Assembly (NCBI GenBank): GCA_002633005.1
Contig: NMRA01000002.1
Coordinates: forward strand, 2,326,655 to 2,390,654
Origin: Phoronis australis
Taxonomy: Eukaryota > Animalia > Phoronida
Reading direction: 5' to 3'
DNA length: 64,000 bases
Below the pieces are notes generated by a model. It was not told the origin of the DNA. It saw only the letters and a list, made by a program, of their open reading frames with translations, and made no database searches. Numbering within the stretch: the stretch's first letter is position 1; the number at the start of each line of letters is the position of its first letter. Both the position numbers and the translations under genes were made by a program. Of this stretch, positions 12,146 through 25,650 are shown piece by piece.

Positions 12146-13990
12146 CCTCAAGTCTGTTCTTTGCCTATGATTTTGGCAGAGTGTAGAGAAACAATTATGT
12201 CTGGTGGCCAAGAAAATCTGTAGAGTTTGATTTTTGACTTATTTCAATCTGCCATTAATTTTGTTACGTGACCATGCCTTTTTAATGAAATTTAGTAAAA
12301 AGGAAAGTACTTTTGTAACAAATACAATACAACTTGACCAAGTTTTGTTTTGGGTAAATGTTCAAGATGAAATCTCAAAAATGTTGCCATAGCTTTCTGG
12401 GTTACCATTCTTTTCATTTTATGCAAGTTTTTTTTCTGAACGTCATGTCAGTCCATCTATTTCTTCATAATTAAAATTTTTACTTTGAGTAAATACCTGT
12501 TAGCTACTTATCACGGTATACATAAAAAATAATGATTATACTTTCACAAAATATTATGTATTAAGTTAAAATAAGTTCCTTAATAAGACCAGTCTTAAAA
12601 TACCTGTATTAACCCAAACCCGACCCTAACTGTTATTGTCTGAGTATTAGACAGTTTTTGCCATCGTATCAGTCCATAAATGCTCAAATCATGTTATATT
12701 ACGATACCAAGGGCAATGAGTGATCCTCATTATGAAGCCCAGTTACTAAAGGGAGGTAGAAGTTTACTTTTATTCCAAAATTTAACCATTTAATTGTCAA
12801 TGTGATTGTGGTAACTTATTATGTTTTCTTTTACATTTTCTTCAATTGTTTCTCTTTACATGTTCAGGCAGTCGCCTGTATTGACTGTCACCATCTTTCA
12901 ATCTGTCGAGCATTTCTGAAAATTTACTCCTACTACAAACTACATCAACACGCATTTTAAATCGGTCATGGATTTTTGTTCTTCTCATTTTAGGTAAAAA
13001 ATCGGAGTAACCGCTAAAATTAAATTGGGTCTAAAATTCTTATGGCATATTGAGACAGCTCCATCTGATGGTTGTTAGGGAACCACGAGAACTGAGTAGT
13101 TGCATTTTGTATCCATTGATTGGTTCTTCTGGAATTTCCATTATTTTTCAACCATTAAGTGATACACTTTTCGCGTGAACGTCTAGTATCAATTCTGCAG
13201 TCAGATGAACGATTTTCCCCCTTTTTTGTACTTTAACAATTGACAAAGTCACTAGCAAGGACTTACGGTAATTATGTGCTATCAATCAAGCACTTTTACA
13301 GAGTTATAAATAAAGTCTGAGGATTTTTTTCAATAGAATTTTTTGAGTTTGTGTGGTTTTAGCGCGTCGGTCACGTTCGGGTGAAACAAATTGAATTTTT
13401 GGTTCCCTAATTGGTTTAGTGTTATTATCTGACTATCTGTATCCCTTTGGAGTTTTTACGGTAGGTTTGACGAAGCATGATGGCAGTGCTTATTTGAACT
13501 GCTAATTCTGCTATCATTGGTGTAGGTCCAGCTTTTATAACTAGCATTAGGGTCTGGTTTGATCAGGTTTTTTACCATGTATTCTTATTGCTACGATATG
13601 ATTTGTATGAATATTTCACCGCATCAAGTTGTCTCCTTATTTCACACATTTTCTATTAAATACTTTTTCAATCGCTGCTGAGTGATTTTATTTACATGCT
13701 GTTCCTTTTTGGGTAATCATTAAGAGACACGAAAATAGCACTGCAAACCGTGTTTTGCTCAAGTGACGCTGTGAACATTCATCATGGCATTCACAATGCA
13801 CGTTTATCATCTGTATCATGACTCCAGTTATGCCAGTTTGGTTGTACCAATTTAAGTCCACTGGTTGACCCCATCTTTGATTGATGAATCAAGAAACTAC
13901 CATTACTCGCTCCTTGTGTTCAATGGCATATTCACTATGCTTGATTTAATCTGCTTAGTTCCTCTTGATTTTGTTTATTTGTCAATTCAG

Positions 13991-14141
13991 GGATTATTGG
14001 TAAAAAACATGTGGGACCAGAGTGGGTTTATCCATTTGACTTTGCCTACACGGAAGAGAACTACTCCATCAACCAGGTGGGACGCAATATCACCTATATC
14101 AAGCAACTCGTTAACAGATTCCTCAGTGAGAATACCTCCAG
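13991..14141 (+). CDS. SGSH: SGSH exon 4
   Basis: ttcag|..[49 protein letters not shown]|gtgagc. Confidence 0.97.
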
Positions 14142-14829
14142 GTGAGCTATGAATGTGTGCAGTTTTGCAGAGAACTTGCTGATTTTAACTTTTCAAACAC
14201 TGACCCACACTTTTCATTACACAAAATAAAATTTATAATGCTGATATCATTTGAATGGCAGTTCTCCTCAATTGCTTCCCTTTCTTCAATGACTGACTAC
14301 TTTTTTACTAATGAAACTTTAGCGAATGTTGTTTTATGACCTCTATGTAACTTTAAAACATATGCTTGTAACTGACTAAAATGTTCGTTAATCTTTGCTT
14401 GTGTAGAAAAATGTTAGCAAAATGGACTTTCCCTCGTGAGCCATTGATATTGTGTGCTTAGGTGTTACCGTTCTCAAATTGTATCTTGGGAAGACAAAAT
14501 CATCCATGAGATAGTAGTTTGGCAGTAGTGCCATCTCTTCTTGGAACCACCTTCAAACATCTGAAAACCCCTGTTACAGTTTTATAAATCATTTTATTTT
14601 TGTTTTATGCAACTTTTAACCTTTTCATGAAAGTCCTAATTTTTGATAGCTTAGCATGCAGCCTTTTTCAAAACAAATCCTTACATGTACATTGTTTTGT
14701 TGAAGGTTGCATGAAGCATAGTATCTTAAATTTCATTTTGAATCCAAGCAATCATTTCTGAGATGTGAAGTTCCAAAGTTTTCCAAATTTGCACATTTTG
14801 TAGGGTTCTACATATTAACCTTAATAAAC

Positions 14830-15087
14830 CTCTTTGCCTCACCCCCGGAATCACCTTTAGTGTCCCATTCCTGGCTTCACTGCCCCTTTGCCTCACCCCT
14901 GGCATCACCCTTAGTGTCCCACTCCTGGCATCACTGCACCTTTGTCTCCACCCCTTGCATCACTGCCCCTTTGTCCCACCCCTGGCATCACTGCACCTTT
15001 GTCCCACCCCTGGCATCACTGCCCCTTTGTCCTACCCCTGGTATCGCTGCCCCTTTGTCGCACCCCTGGCATCATTGCCCCTTTGTC
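14830..15087. repeat. Minisatellite, about 28-bp unit (cacccctggcatcactgcmcctttgtcc), roughly 9 copies, in SGSH intron 4
   Basis: Directly visible tandem units. They explain the repetitive ORFs at 14726-15200. Confidence 0.9.
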
Positions 15088-16209
15088 TGTGGACATTTTC
15101 AGAGGCGCTCTACCCAAATCTACACTCTATACAACTGAGTTTAATTTTAGAGCCAGCACTTTTAGTTCTTAAGCATCTGCCTTGTTTGCATTTTATTTGA
15201 TGCATGTGTCATGAGTTTCTTATGAGATGGTTGGAATATGGTAAGGGAGGGATAGATTGAGGCACAGTAAGTGTCAGGTTGTACTTTAACCTTGGCATGT
15301 GTAATTGTTTTTTGCTGAGCTCCTTGACACTGTGTCGTAATTTCTCAATCCGGTCATTAGACAGTTATTGAGAAGATAATTGCACCTGGGTAAATGGTTG
15401 TTATTTGTAGAGCTCCAGGTCACTGGTTAGGTGATTCTTAATGCAAAAACATTAAGCTGCGGATTACCTTGACCTGGACTGTTTTCTGTTAAGTGCCACG
15501 TCACTATGTGAAGCATTGGTCAGAAACTTTTGTCTGACCAGTTGGAAAAGAGTTGTCAATTGTTTGACTACCAGTCAGGAAAATAGCCAACTGGTGTGGT
15601 AATTAGTGGTAGACAGACATCACAATGCATTTCTGACTGCAGATAGTGAGTTCAGTGCTGACTCAAACTGATTTCTGGCTTGAGACATACAATTGTAGAC
15701 CAAGTTTTATAGCTATTGACTGTTGAAGGGCCATTCCACGAGAAAATCAAGAGGAATCAAAAAATCACTCTTAAGAGGAACGTGTCCCACTATGGTCAGG
15801 CCTTTCAGAACAGACGCCAGGTACTTCTCAACGGGATTGTATTGTATTTTTCCCAAACAAATCTTCTCCCTCAACAGGAATCCAGACTTCTTTGTACACG
15901 TGAAAACCGCGAATCAAAGACTAATAAAAAACTTGACTAATGTTAAAGCATGTGGCCAGGAAGCGTGCGCTACATACGCGTAGGCCTGCTTAACTCTGGC
16001 AAATGAACTCTGAAGACACGCACGCGCTTGCTCACTCGGCACACACACGCAGATGAACTCCAAAACAAACATCACGTGACAATGTGTGTTCATCCACTTG
16101 TTTTTGTGGTGCAGGGTGCAATCCAGCGCAGATTTGGAGTTAATATGGGGTTAATTCTGACTAATTACAGCTTCTTAAAAATCTTAGGGACGCTGTTTGG
16201 AAAACTTAA

Positions 16210-16447
16210 AGGAGAATGCCACCCGATTTAATCAGTCTTTTTTGCCGTCTTAATCGGTCGGACATCAGTAACCCGTGTACTGAACTGCTAAACATGCTGC
16301 GTGTGAAACCGATGACGTCATTGGATAATTTCAACACCTTTGTCTGCCGTCAGGTGTCAGGTAACGCAACCGTACGTGTCATTATGGAGTAGAACTACTT
16401 GATCTAAATTGATACAAATTAGGTTGTTTTTTGGGTGGCATGCTCCT
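16210..16447. mobile_element. Kolobok-like MITE (238 bp)
   Basis: TTAA|AGGAGAATGCCACCC...GGGTGGCATGCTCCT|TTAA: 15-bp TIR with one mismatch, purine-purine start and TTAA TSD. A related partial copy starts at about 49742. Confidence 0.8.
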
Positions 16448-16454
16448 TTAAGGA

Positions 16455-17254
16455 GGCCAGACTTCAGGTAATTTGTTGAGTCGAAACTATTTTTATTCAA
16501 GAATTCGAGTTGGCATATCAACAATCGGGAGGCAGGGACACATCAGTCGACGAGTTTTTGCCGTGGGATTTCCACACAATATTCTGAAAAAGGATCATAA
16601 TTTAACAACGATGTTTGTTAGCAATGCACAACATTTTTATGGAAAGTCTGTCATAGGTTACAGATACATCACAGAGTGTAAATTTGATGAATCCTACTTT
16701 CCGATTTCACCCGTTACGGAGAACAGGTTTCAACCGCCTTAGTCTACAATAAGCGGCCCCTTCCCGAAACGAATTTTTCTAAGTGCCGTGGACAATTATT
16801 AGGGCGAATAGGGCAAACATTTTTAACATATCCTACAAGGATGTATGTTATGCACAACTTTTTTCAAGATCTGAGTCGGTGACCCTAGAGTCGACCTTTT
16901 GGTGCTCTCGTGGAATGACAGTTAATATTAGGCTTTTAGGCCCTGTCCACATGACTATGCTTTTATTATGAAAACTCAGATTTTTCTTTTTGTTTTCAAA
17001 ACGTTTTTCATTTTCACGATTATGATACTGCCTGCAATATTGATTGTGAGGTCATTTTACTTTATGGAAAGTTGCATTTTCCTGTGTCCAAATAAAGATG
17101 ATGAATATCAGGTTTTAAAAAATACACTCGGGAGTCCGTCGGTAGCGTTTTTAATAATTTACGGTTTGGGTTGTCATGTTTTTCTTGTTAATACATTTAT
17201 TGCCCCAAAAATATGGAAAGGCTAGTCTGAGGTTGGAAGCCTCAGATCTAGCCT
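16455..17254. mobile_element. Possible second TTAA-type non-autonomous element abutting the previous MITE
   Basis: The left end aggccagacttcagg resembles the reverse complement of the right end cctcagatctagcct|TTAA. Degenerate. Confidence 0.35.
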
Positions 17255-19844
17255 TTAAGCAATAGTAAAACAATATTCACCATTTAAGTTGCAGTAAATG
17301 TAAATTAATGGGGAATTAGGGAGCGGGGTGAAGGACCTTTCATACACAGGGTCACGCTGTGTTTACATGATAAAAGAGCTAGTAGCCAAGAGGCATATGA
17401 AAATTCTTATATAATGCATATAACATCATATAACAACAATATGTATAAATCTAAATGTCAATATAGCAAAAAATACATTTCTAGGATAAGACATGCACGT
17501 AGACCTCCCCCTTTTTCCGCATTTGTGTCCCGAGGTTGTCAATTTCAGTGTATACATGTGGACAAAAGCCATCTCACTCTCAGTGAATGAAGGAAGGTTT
17601 GCGTTAATTTCAAAAATTTACAGACTCCTGTGAAGGACCTATTAGTGAGACAATGATGAACAACAAAGGGTGTCTTTTGTTCAGTGTGAGAAAAGAGTAA
17701 TCAGACAAAGTACTGTTTTCCTGTCGTGACAGCAAATTTTATTAAGAGCAAAAATTACTATTAGAGTGGCATGATTCCAATTACAAAATGGCTTAGCCAG
17801 CTTTAGTTACTAACTTTCCTTCTACTTCCCTCTCATTATCGCCTCTATTGACGATTACTCTGACAATGGCTTCCTACTAGCGATAATGACGGAAAATTCC
17901 GAGTTATTGATCTATTCATGATTTTTACCCAGTTACTTATCAAAATAGTCTTGTTAAGTTTAAGATACTGGGGCCATTAAAAGTTTATTCAACAAGGGCT
18001 GCAATCATGAATTGTCTCTGTCTACTGGAAGTCACATTGTTCATTTTGAAGTTCGTGGTTTTCCTGATGAAATTTATTTAGTGCAGAGTTTGACCTCAAA
18101 TGTTGGGAGAACATGTGAACGGAAAAGGTGGAAATATGTGTGATGTTTATGGATTTGTTTGCATCACAATCTTAATAGTCAAACTGCACCTTTGTGTTGG
18201 CTAATATTACTGAAATAAAGTCTTATTCAATCGAATTGAATAAAAACAATGTTAAAAGACACACATGGACCAATTTAAATCTTCCATGTCCAACCATGTC
18301 TTTTAGCGAGTCCCATGAATACCTACTCACTCACAAATGTACCGATCAGCAATTTGGGCACTAATGTTTGTTCCAAGTTAATCCTAAATTGCATGGGGGA
18401 TAACTATAATAGTTCACCAACATGAGCAGATGACAGGAAGTCAATTTTATCAATGCTTTTTGAATTTTCATGTTTTTGAAGATTCTGTCAATCACATTAC
18501 ATGGCGTGGTGAAGCCTTAAAACTTAGTATTTATTGTCGATGTTTAATTGACTCGAATGTAAAATGAGTCTGATTCAGGATTGAATGAGATTTAAATGTC
18601 AAATGAGACGGTAATTTTGTTTAATGATTGCGCCTTATATTCTACGTAAAACAATCCTCAAAGTTGTGCTTTTGCTAGCTAATCGTAAGCAGACTGTAGC
18701 ACATGGCTGACTGCTATGACTGTTCTTAAGCTTTGCACCTGCTCCTTTAATAAATGGAATGTAAACAAAAATTTACTCGCGAGTTCTGACAAAACAGAAT
18801 TGATGACAGCAATAAGGACATACACGCCAACCCACGGTAAGGGCAGAATTTCCCTCGTACATTTCGTGCAAACATCAGTCTATTGCATGCAAGTGCAGGA
18901 TAATAAAACCATGGTCCAATTTTTAATTACTCTTTAAATTTTCCCTTTAAGGATAAAAAGCGTTTTATTCACACGTCTGCATATTTAGCCAAATTTATAT
19001 TAAAGCTAAGATTTTAACTGTTAGTAAAAGTATTTTCTGAAAGTAGAACACCTGTAGAATTTCAAGTTGATTTTTGTATAAGGCATAGTATCTGAGAGTT
19101 TCAGTATTCAGATCAACCCTTTCAGATCAGACAGCATGAGGGACCTAGTGCAGGTGAAAGCTCAAGCCAAAAGCCAAGAATCAATTGAAGTGCAAGTTTC
19201 AATTACCTGATTCCCTGACTACACATCAATAAGGCTCTTTTATACTAACCTGGGCATGTTGATATTGTGGGGAGATGTGATCAGTATGAAGGGTTAACTT
19301 CAATCCAGGTTCAAAGTTAGTAGCGCCAGATAAACACTCAGGTGGATTTAACAGCGGAGCGTTGATGCTGGGGTACAGCATGAATGGTCAACTTCGGTTC
19401 CATCGAAGTTATCCCCAAGGGCCACTCTTAATTGTCGACAATTAAAGGGCAGTGATTAACAGAGTGAGTGGGAGGCTCTGCATCAACACCCAATGTTCAT
19501 GTTTTACACAAGGAAGTGAAATATGAAAAAACATCTGACTGAACTTATAAATTTGAACTTGTCAGTTTTGACTGAAAAGTAAAGTACCCCGTTAAATGTG
19601 GGTAGCTTCAGGCCTAATTGTTTCATGGCATGGCAGATATTAGGACTGAAAACTCAATTCTGAACATATTTGTTATGGGGACGTGGCATTACATCTCAAC
19701 CCACACACATGTACATGTATCTACTACGCAAAAGTTCTAGCCTGTATTCTGAGCAACGAGAAGTTGTTGTTGACTCACTAGAGGAGTCAGCTGGTCAAGC
19801 GTCTATTCTGGGCGATGAGAAGGCAGCATTCCATGTCAATATTA

Positions 19845-20082
19845 TTGACTGACATGAGAGAGTGGCAATAACTTGTCAAGCGTGTAATGAGAAAGCTTTA
19901 TTACCTGTCAACAGAGTTGACTGACATGAGAGAGAGCCAATAGCCAGCGGTAGGGTAATTTTATGTCATAGCCAGCGGTAGGGTAACTTTATGTCATGAG
20001 AGAGAGGCAACAGCCAGCGCCGCGGTAGGGTAACTTTATGTCATGAGAGAGGCAATAGCCAGCCGAAGGGTTACTTAATGTC
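19845..20082. repeat. Degenerate tandem repeat (catgagagag-gcaatagccagcggtagggtaactttatgt)
   Basis: The motif recurs 4-5 times with indels. Confidence 0.75.
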
Positions 20083-20200
20083 GATAGTATGGAATAGTCT
20101 CACTGGCTGAGTATTTTGCAAACATTTAGATTGGCATTGCACATTACTTAAAATACAAACTTGCACTTATGGTGAGGAGGCAGTGTGGCCTTAGTGACAG

Positions 20201-20448
20201 AATGCGCGCACCCAGCCTAAAATACAGTGGGGGGCTCGAATTTTTGATAATATGGACCTTTTACTAAGGTTCATGTGGTATGTTCAGAGTTATGAATTGT
20301 GCATTAGCTAGATTTTGGTAGTTTCTGCCTTTTTAGTAGACTTTTTTCTGAGTTTTTGCTTTTCTGAGGCAAACCTTTTTCCCCACTTTGCCAAATGGGG
20401 GACTCATTTGAACCCCCCAAACCCCCCTCCCCCCTGGGTGAGCACATG
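20201..20448. mobile_element. CATG-ended MITE family A, about 250 bp
   Basis: Ends atgcgcgcacccag...ctgggtgagcacatg. Homologous to 33700-33954 and, in reverse, to about 26720-26870. Confidence 0.7.
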
Positions 20449-20551
20449 GGTAGCACTGACTTTTTTCCAAAACAAAGCATTCATTTCATGTTATCCGAAA
20501 TAACACATAGATTTTAGTAGACAAACTTACATTTTTGTTTCTATCTTCCAG

Positions 20552-20790
20552 TCCCTTCTTCCTCTACGTGGCATTTCATGACCCCCATCGTTGTGGCCAC
20601 ACTCATCCAGAATTTGGCGTCTTCTGTGAGAAGTTTGGCGATGGCACACCTGGCATGGGTCTCATCCGTGACTGGAGCCCCATACATTACCACCCAGAGG
20701 ATGTCATTGTACCATACTTTGTTCAGGATACGCCGCTTGCAAGGATGGACATAGCTGCCCAGTACACCACCATCAGTCGACTGGACCAAG
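20552..20790 (+). CDS. SGSH: SGSH exon 5
   Basis: ccag|..[36 protein letters not shown]...[13 protein letters not shown]|gtaaat. Confidence 0.98.
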
Positions 20791-22043
20791 GTAAATCGAA
20801 ACTTGAGAGCGACTGTGGACCTAGTTTCTTACAAGAGAAGTAAGATCTTGCAAGACTTTGCAAAAATCTTGCGAGTTGAAAGCGTATGTATCACGAGTAC
20901 GCGCAGGTGTTTGCTGACGTGGTGACTGCCTTGCAAAAGTGATCAGCAAGTTTGCTGTGTTGAAGTGTGGGATTGGATTTACTGTAAGCAGAGACCTTGT
21001 TGGGCAGTCTACTAAAGTCTTTCATGTTTACCTCCCCTCCTTATTATAACAGTATTTTTATAACTGTAATGAACCCCCGCCTGTTTGTGGTTTTAAATTT
21101 CTTGCAAAACAAGCTTGGCACTGTTGCTCGTGAAATATAAAGTGCCTGGCTTTTTAGTACACAAAGACCATGATGGCTTTGAAATATTCTAATCACTCTG
21201 GCATCATCTGTCTCATTTGTCAGTGAATTTCTGTCCACGTCACCAAGGACAGGGCAGGGACACATAAAACAAATCTCGTTTTCAATTTGACCAGTACTGC
21301 ATCTTCCACAAATTCTCTCAACCTCCATTATCCCTGTAAAGCTTGTGCATTGAGCACCTAAAACAAGCATTAATTCCTTAAGTAAGGGTCTGATAAGTGC
21401 AGGTATTTTTCACTCTGTAGTCACGTTTTTGATAGTACATGTGTAATAGAATTCATTTGATATTTAGTCAGATTATTCGTTACAGCTTCACAGTCAACTA
21501 ATCTCTGACGATATTCTGTAAGAAATAAATATACGTCACTCCTTCCGTGTGACCATACCTCTCCAAACTCATAAGTTTACAGTGTAGCATTTTTAAAGAA
21601 TATGTCCTATTGTGCCTGCTGCCATCCTGACATTGTAACAGTTGAACTTCCACTCTCACTGGTAATTTTGGATTAGCCTTATAACTTCTCCATCTAGTCA
21701 TGTGAGCTTCTGAAGATGCCCTCCCCCACCAACACCAATTTGCGGCCACCCTCACATCAGTCTTCAACTGCTTGTGTTTCATTGTTGCCACCTCTTTTAC
21801 CATGTCTTGGTCCGCTGCTGATATCATACCTAGCCTCTTTTGTATTTCCTGTATTTTTCTATTGCATGCATTTCTTCATTTTGCCCGAATTTTCTTTCAT
21901 TTTTCTGCATTTCTACAACTTTGGGGGTCCATTCCACACCTCCTCCACCAAATACCATATACATGTCTTTTGGGCAAAACTTTCCTGTGAACTTGATGGC
22001 ACTGCTTCAGTTTTTTGAATGAGATCATTAATTTATGTGCCAG

Positions 22044-22219
22044 GTATTGGACTGGTTTTGAAGGAGCTCGCCCTCTCAGGACACGACAAAGATACTTTGG
22101 TCATCTTCACATCTGATAATGGCATACCATTCCCCAGTGGAAGGACCAACTTGTATGATCCGGGCATCACTGAGCCATTATTAATCTCATCACCAGTGGA
22201 TAGAGGGCGCTGGGGTCAG
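22044..22219 (+). CDS. SGSH: SGSH exon 6
   Basis: ccag|..[58 protein letters not shown]|gtacag. Contains the SDNG metal-ligand motif. Confidence 0.97.
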
Positions 22220-22674
22220 GTACAGTTACTTTTGTTGTTTTTTTTAATGAAGAGTATGGTAGATAAATTTATATGATTAATATGCACAATTAAAGCAAAG
22301 CATTTTGCTTTCACTTGGTAGCTGTCCAGAAATAAACTAGGGTGCTTCATGACTAAAGATATGTATAACATCCAGAATAATTTGATTCTTTTATACAAAA
22401 ATCTAATGAAAGTTTTCATCTGACAGGTGAAGATTGATTTCATTGATCTATTGTTATAGGCATCTCAGACTTTTGTCCCGCTTATTGTAAGTGAAAATTT
22501 TATTATTTTCATCATTATTTATAAAATTGCCAATAATTCATGTCTTTGTAAACAGGCAATTTTTGCTCCTTTCCACAGACAGTTCTTTCTTGCCTGATCA
22601 ATGGCACATAAATAATAATGAAGTCGTCATTTTATTGATGGATTTGTTAAGGAGTCGGTTTCAAACTTTTTCAG

Positions 22675-23292
22675 AAAAGTGACGTTCTTACTTCCCAGCT
22701 CGACCTTGTTCCCACAATCCTCGACTGGTATGGCATATCATATCCAAAATACCGGGTTCTACCCTCCTTACCTCCAGTTCAACTCACAGGCCAGTCCCTT
22801 CTACCTGTCCTGGACAAAGAACCGACCCAAAACTGGGACACAGTGTACGCTAGCCACAGTCTTCATGAAGTGACTATGTATTATCCCATGAGGCTGATTC
22901 GCAATCGACAATACAAGCTTATTCACAACCTGAACTATAAGATGCCATTTCCCATTGATCAGGACTTTTACCTATCTCCAAGTTTCCAAGATTTGCTTTC
23001 GAGGACTAGACAGAAGCGGCCTCTGCATTGGTACAAGGATCTGAATTCTTATTATTACAGAGATCAGTATGAGTTGTACGACATTGTGAGTGATCCTAGG
23101 GAGTTGACTAATTTGTCAAAAGATCCAAAGTTTTCTGGTGTTTTATATGATTTGAAAGCGAGGCTAAGAGTTTGGCAAAATGTTACAGGTGATGCGTGGA
23201 TCTGTGGGGCAGACAGTGTACTGGAAAATAAGGGAAAGTATGCGGGTAATCCACAATGCTTACGTTTGGATAATGGATTGGATGATCTGTGA
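22675..23292 (+). CDS. SGSH: SGSH exon 7 (last coding exon, to TGA)
   Basis: tttcag|KSDVLTSQLDLVPTILDWYG...SHSLHEVTMYYPMR...KMPFPIDQDFYLSPSFQDLL...CLRLDNGLDDL*. The seven exons sum to 1548 nt (515 aa plus stop) with consistent phases. Confidence 0.97.
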   Translation, partial: KSDVLTSQLDLVPTILDWYGISYPKYRVLPSLPPVQLTGQSLLPVLDKEPTQNWDTVYASHSLHEVTMYYPMRLIRNRQYKLIHNLNYKMPFPIDQDFYLSPSFQDLLSRTRQKRPLHWYKDLNSYYYRDQYELYDIVSDPRELTNLSKDPKFSGVLYDLKARLRVWQNVTGDAWICGADSVLENKGKYAGNPQCLRLDNGLDDL

Positions 23293-25570
23293 AAAGTGCA
23301 GGCAACGTTGGGCAAGTCAGCGAGGGGTGAATGTGGTGCCGCATCTCAGAGAACTTCCGTACCAGTGACAGATTGTTCCATCTTGTGAATATTAACAACC
23401 GTTGCCGAGAATAATTTTTGCCGGAATACTGTTGACAAATTTCGTAAGTCTGTCTAGGTTTTGTCACATAGTGGTGTAACCTTTAAAATGAGAAGAGTTT
23501 TGGCAACAATTTCTTAAGACTGACTAAGTGCACCACTGCTGTTGTCTGGCCCGTGCAAAATATTGCACTTCCCTAGATTGGATTACATGTATCTGGAAGC
23601 AATTGGACAACAGTCAGTGACACTTGCATCTCACGGTGATTACCCCCAATGCTGCAAAATCCATCAAGCAGTTCCCTAACTTCATTTTCATGGCATTGTA
23701 TTTGCTGGTGCCTTGCTTTTCTATGCTAACTGTATTGGACATTCCAATGCCAGTTAAGTTATACTGTTGTGCTGTGGGCTGCAAGTCCAGTGTTAGAAAG
23801 TTGGATAACATTGAGAAGTGCCAGCTGCATGTAATCCTACAATCAACCTGAAATTTGTAGAACAAGGCCATTGTGAACATGCCTCTTCCTGACTATCTTC
23901 ACAAGAAGTCAGGTTTCTATCCTGGACCATCCTGTTGTTGACATTGAGCAGTATTGCTTTGATGTCCTGTTTGTGTTATATGTGTTTTTCACGCTTGAAT
24001 ACACTGTTATTTTATACATTTTTCCCAACAGTCATTATTCCATAGTAGCTTGATATTTGCTATGTTCTAAATTCTTCATGTCGATTCCAAAATGCATAGA
24101 CCCTAACTCTGAGATTGGAGGCCGGATATGCAGCTGTATTCCAGTCTAAAATACGTAAAAAATGGAACAGCATAAAATTACGTTTTGAGAAGAGCCAGAC
24201 ACCTTAGAGTGGTTTACGTTTGGAATCTCCATAAAGACCGGGTTCAGAAAATGCTAACATCAAGTGACCACACGATTTCGAAGTTGGATTGTAAACAATG
24301 ACCCAACAAAAACAGTTTGATGGTTTATGCTGGCTGTAGTGTTTTTACAAAACTATAATTTTTATCTCAGTGCAGCCCTGCACACTTGAGACAGGTAGTG
24401 GATTTTGACAGAGGGCTGAGTAGTTCAGTTCTTGGGTAAACGATAGAAGCATTGTTAGTGGTTCTGCAGCTCTTATAGGGTGTCTGTCTGCACTCAATAG
24501 TCTTTTGCACAACAGTTTCGAACAGTCAAGAAGCATGATTGAGCAGACTGGTCTCAACTCTTTGTCAATATTGGTCTAATATTGGATGCTGTCAATTTAT
24601 TTAGTAAACATATGTATTTCCTGAAAATGCCAGGGAACTTAAAAACTTGTTTCTCTGCAGTTAATCCATTAAGGCATATCTGAAACAATTCTTAGATAAC
24701 CCCCATTTCGAAAGCATTCTTGCTATTTCTGTCAAAAGCACAAGGTGCATTTTCAGCGCCTGATTATTTTAACGGCTGCTTTCTTGTAATAATTTCTACC
24801 ATGAGGTAATAATCTACCACGACCACTTTAGGTTCAAAAATTCCGATCTTGATGGCTATAAAAACATATAGTTTATGTAGCTGTAAACTCGTTTTCCGTC
24901 ACACACCTGAACTTTTGAGATCGACATAGGTTTCTTTTTATCTGTCCGACAATCTAATTAAGTTTCGGTACAAAAAAGTTTGATCATCTTTGCTTGCGAC
25001 CAAGCTCTACAGCACGAGAATTCAATCTATGCTACATTACGCCTCAGTCTGCTACGAGTTGGCTTAGCGGCGCAAAGACCTACATGTATACAGCCAATTA
25101 ATGCCTTTCTTATTCTTGGTTAGCAGCAGTTTTCTTCAGCATAATTATGCGCAATTCCCAGTTGTGCACAAACTGACATCGCTCACGATTCTTTTCGCAC
25201 TGGATGTGATGACGTAAGAACGTTTTCTACGGTGCTTTGGTTAATTATATATCGACACAACTCTCCACGGTCTCCATAACGAGGGATTCTTCACTTTTGC
25301 AAAGACACATATTTATCTGTGTCGCAAAGTATTTGGAGCTGTCGACTTACGATAAAAGAATATTTCAGGTGCAGGGCTTTGAACCTTTTGTAGATACCAC
25401 GTGGCCACGGCTAAAGGAGACAGTACACTGAAACGGTACGTTAATCCTACGTTTTTATATAGTCGTGAAACGAGTGTGTTTGTGAATGTCCCTTTTTGTT
25501 CAATAGTCTTTTTGGTCTGATACTTGTAGAATCACTTCACGGTGTGTTAGCTATGGATAATTTCCCGTAG

Positions 25571-25650
25571 CACGGGCGGCGCACCATAGGGGACTGGGGG
25601 TGGGGGTGGATTACATGGCCCCCACTTTTTTCAGTGCTGCGCCGCCCATG
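25571..25650. mobile_element. CATG-ended mini-MITE family B (80 bp)
   Basis: CGTAG|CAcGGGCGGCGCA...TGCGCCGCCCATG|CGTAG: 13-bp TIR and a perfect 5-bp TSD. Confidence 0.8.

Noticed and set aside
14726-15200. Pro/His/Cys-rich repetitive ORFs, or a CRISPR-like array
   Set aside because: These are translations of a 28-bp minisatellite. There are no unique spacers and the context is a eukaryotic intron.
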